From contig CM075989.1 in the NCBI GenBank assembly GCA_038087875.1, forward strand, positions 20,400,001-20,464,000: a stretch of 64,000 bases of DNA. The letters are read 5' to 3'. The translations under genes were made by a program, and so were the position numbers. Below are positions 62,554-64,000 of this stretch, piece after piece (within the stretch, counting starts at the first letter, position 1; each line of letters starts with the position of its first letter). The DNA is from Malacoraja senta. Its lineage: Eukaryota. A model generated the notes under the pieces. That model was not told the origin of the DNA, searched no databases, and worked only from the letters and a program-made list of their open reading frames with translations.

Positions 62554-63073
62554 TGGGCCTGTCGCACTTAGGCGATTTTTTTTGGGCGACTACAGGCAAC
62601 TGCCGACGTTCAACATGTTGAAAAGTTTTCGGTGACAGTGGCGACAATGTTTGCTGTCGTAGGTGAATTCCATTAAAACTAGTCCCTGGCAGTTGACTAA
62701 CAAGTTGACTAACAAGTCGACAGATAGCGCAATGGGCTAAGTGTTCGGCTGGCAACCGGAAGGTAGCCGGTTCGAATCCCGCTTGGAGTGCATACTGTCG
62801 TTGTGTCCTTGGGCAAGACACTTCACCCACCTTTGCCTGCGTATGAATGTGTGTGAATGTGTGTGAATGTGTGTGAGTGATTGGTGGTGGTCGGAGGGGC
62901 CGTAGGCGCAGATTAGCAGCCACGCTTCCGTCAGTCTGCCCCAGGGCAGCTGTGGCTACAGAAGTAGCTCACCACCACCGAGTGTGACTGATGCGATGTA
63001 AAGCGCCTTGAGTATTAGAAAGGCGCTATATAAATCCCATCCATTATTATTATTATTAAATGGGACAGGCCTA
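62554..63073. mobile_element. Harbinger MITE interrupted by a SINE
   Basis: TAA-TGGGCCTGTCGCACT ... TGGGACAGGCCTA-TAA; central TTCAACATGTTGAA palindrome. Confidence 0.75.
62716..63057 (+). mobile_element. tRNA-derived CORE-SINE with L2-type 3' stem-loop (AFC-like)
   Basis: A box TAGCGCAATGG 62725-62735, B box GGTTCGAATCC 62769-62779, CORE-like GTGTCCTTGGGCAAGACACTT, (TGTGAA)-type repeats, stem-loop AGCGCCTT..AAGGCGCT 63002-63027, (ATT)n tail. Confidence 0.8.
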
Positions 63074-63389
63074 TAAAGGATGCAAACAGGTTGGGTGAAA
63101 GATTTTTTTCCAACAGTGAGTAATTATAGACTGAAACTTGCTGGCTGGAGGGGAGGGTATGTGAAGCAATTGGGACTTACAAAACGGAATTGGATAATGG
63201 TCATAGGTTCTAGGAGCAGAATTAGGCCATTCGGCCCATCAAGTCTACTCCGCCATTCAATCATGGCTGATCTGTCTTTCCTTCTCAACCCCATTCTCCT
63301 GCCTTCTCATAACCCCTGACACCGTACTAATCAAGAATCTGTCAAACTCCACCTTAAAAACATCCATTGGCTTGACATTGAGAAAAAGG

Positions 63390-63840
63390 ATGAGTGACAT
63401 TTTGGGTTGGGACCTTTCTTCAGACTGAAAGTAGACGGTTGGAGGTGAATAGCTGGAGGTGAGAATGGATCAGGGCCAACCACTAATGACCTCAGGCAGG
63501 GTGGTGCCGGATAGGCCCATTGTTGGCCAGGGAAGGTGTGATCTCAAGTGGAACAATGTGGAGAGCTGTGGAAATGATAAATCAACGAGGGTGGAGGAAG
63601 GGTGCAAGATGAGGTTGTATAACATTAGAGAATTCAATGTTCATGCTGCTGGGTTGCAAGCTGCCCAAGCGAAATATGAGGTGTTGTTCCTCCAATTTGC
63701 ATGTGACCTCACTCTGGCAATGGAGGAAGGCCTGGACAGAAAGGTCAGAATGGGAATGGGAGTACAATGGGATCCCAGAGGCCTGGGCGTACATGTTAAG
63801 TAAAATGGTCACCGAGTCTACGTTTGGTCTCGCCGTTGTA
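63390..63840 (-). mobile_element. Penelope-like element 3' fragment
   Basis: KLEEQHLIFRLGSLQPSSMNIEFS; degenerate hammerhead near 63396-63423. Confidence 0.8.
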
Positions 63841-64000
63841 CATGCAATGATCGGAGTGTTGACATTGTTAATTAACTCTGGACATGAGTCAACAAAGCAG
63901 TGATTTTATAGGCCTTGGTGATTTGCCAGAACCAAATGGCATCAAATTATTCTGATAGCCATTATCACTCTGTTATTTAGGAAATATAGTTTGTATTTTA

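Noticed and set aside
10328..64000. MEF2A coding exons expected from synteny
   Set aside because: No MGRKKI MADS-box exon or other MEF2-like peptide found by eye; non-coding exons cannot be excluded

Overview
Vertebrate genomic DNA, almost certainly from a cartilaginous fish (skate/ray-like, inferred from dense HE1/V-SINEs and HER1/CR1 LINEs). The only host gene is the 3' end of LRRC28 on the + strand: four coding exons at 2121-2223, 5928-6100, 9109-9268 and 10255-10327, one intron probably GC-AG. The remaining ~53 kb is intergenic (MEF2A lies downstream in other vertebrates; I found no MEF2A coding exon) and is a mosaic of HE1 SINEs, CR1, Rex1/Babar, Penelope-like, Vingi and Hero retroelements, PIF/Harbinger and hAT MITEs, with repeat-free AT-rich blocks that may be conserved enhancers. 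The most striking signals are structured RNAs carried by mobile elements: (1) a ~140-bp non-autonomous retroelement, two TSD-flanked copies, whose first 54 nt fold as a complete minimal HDV-like ribozyme and whose tail resembles that of a Vingi LINE in the same window; (2) a Hero retrotransposon 3'UTR with a consensus kink-turn inside a double-pseudoknot fold, in a copy flanked by a ~70-bp duplication; (3) roughly 30 minimal hammerhead motifs in Penelope-derived repeats, often as inverted pairs. A teleost-like CORE-SINE is a horizontal-transfer candidate. Family names come from motif recognition, not database searches; boundaries of degraded repeats are approximate.
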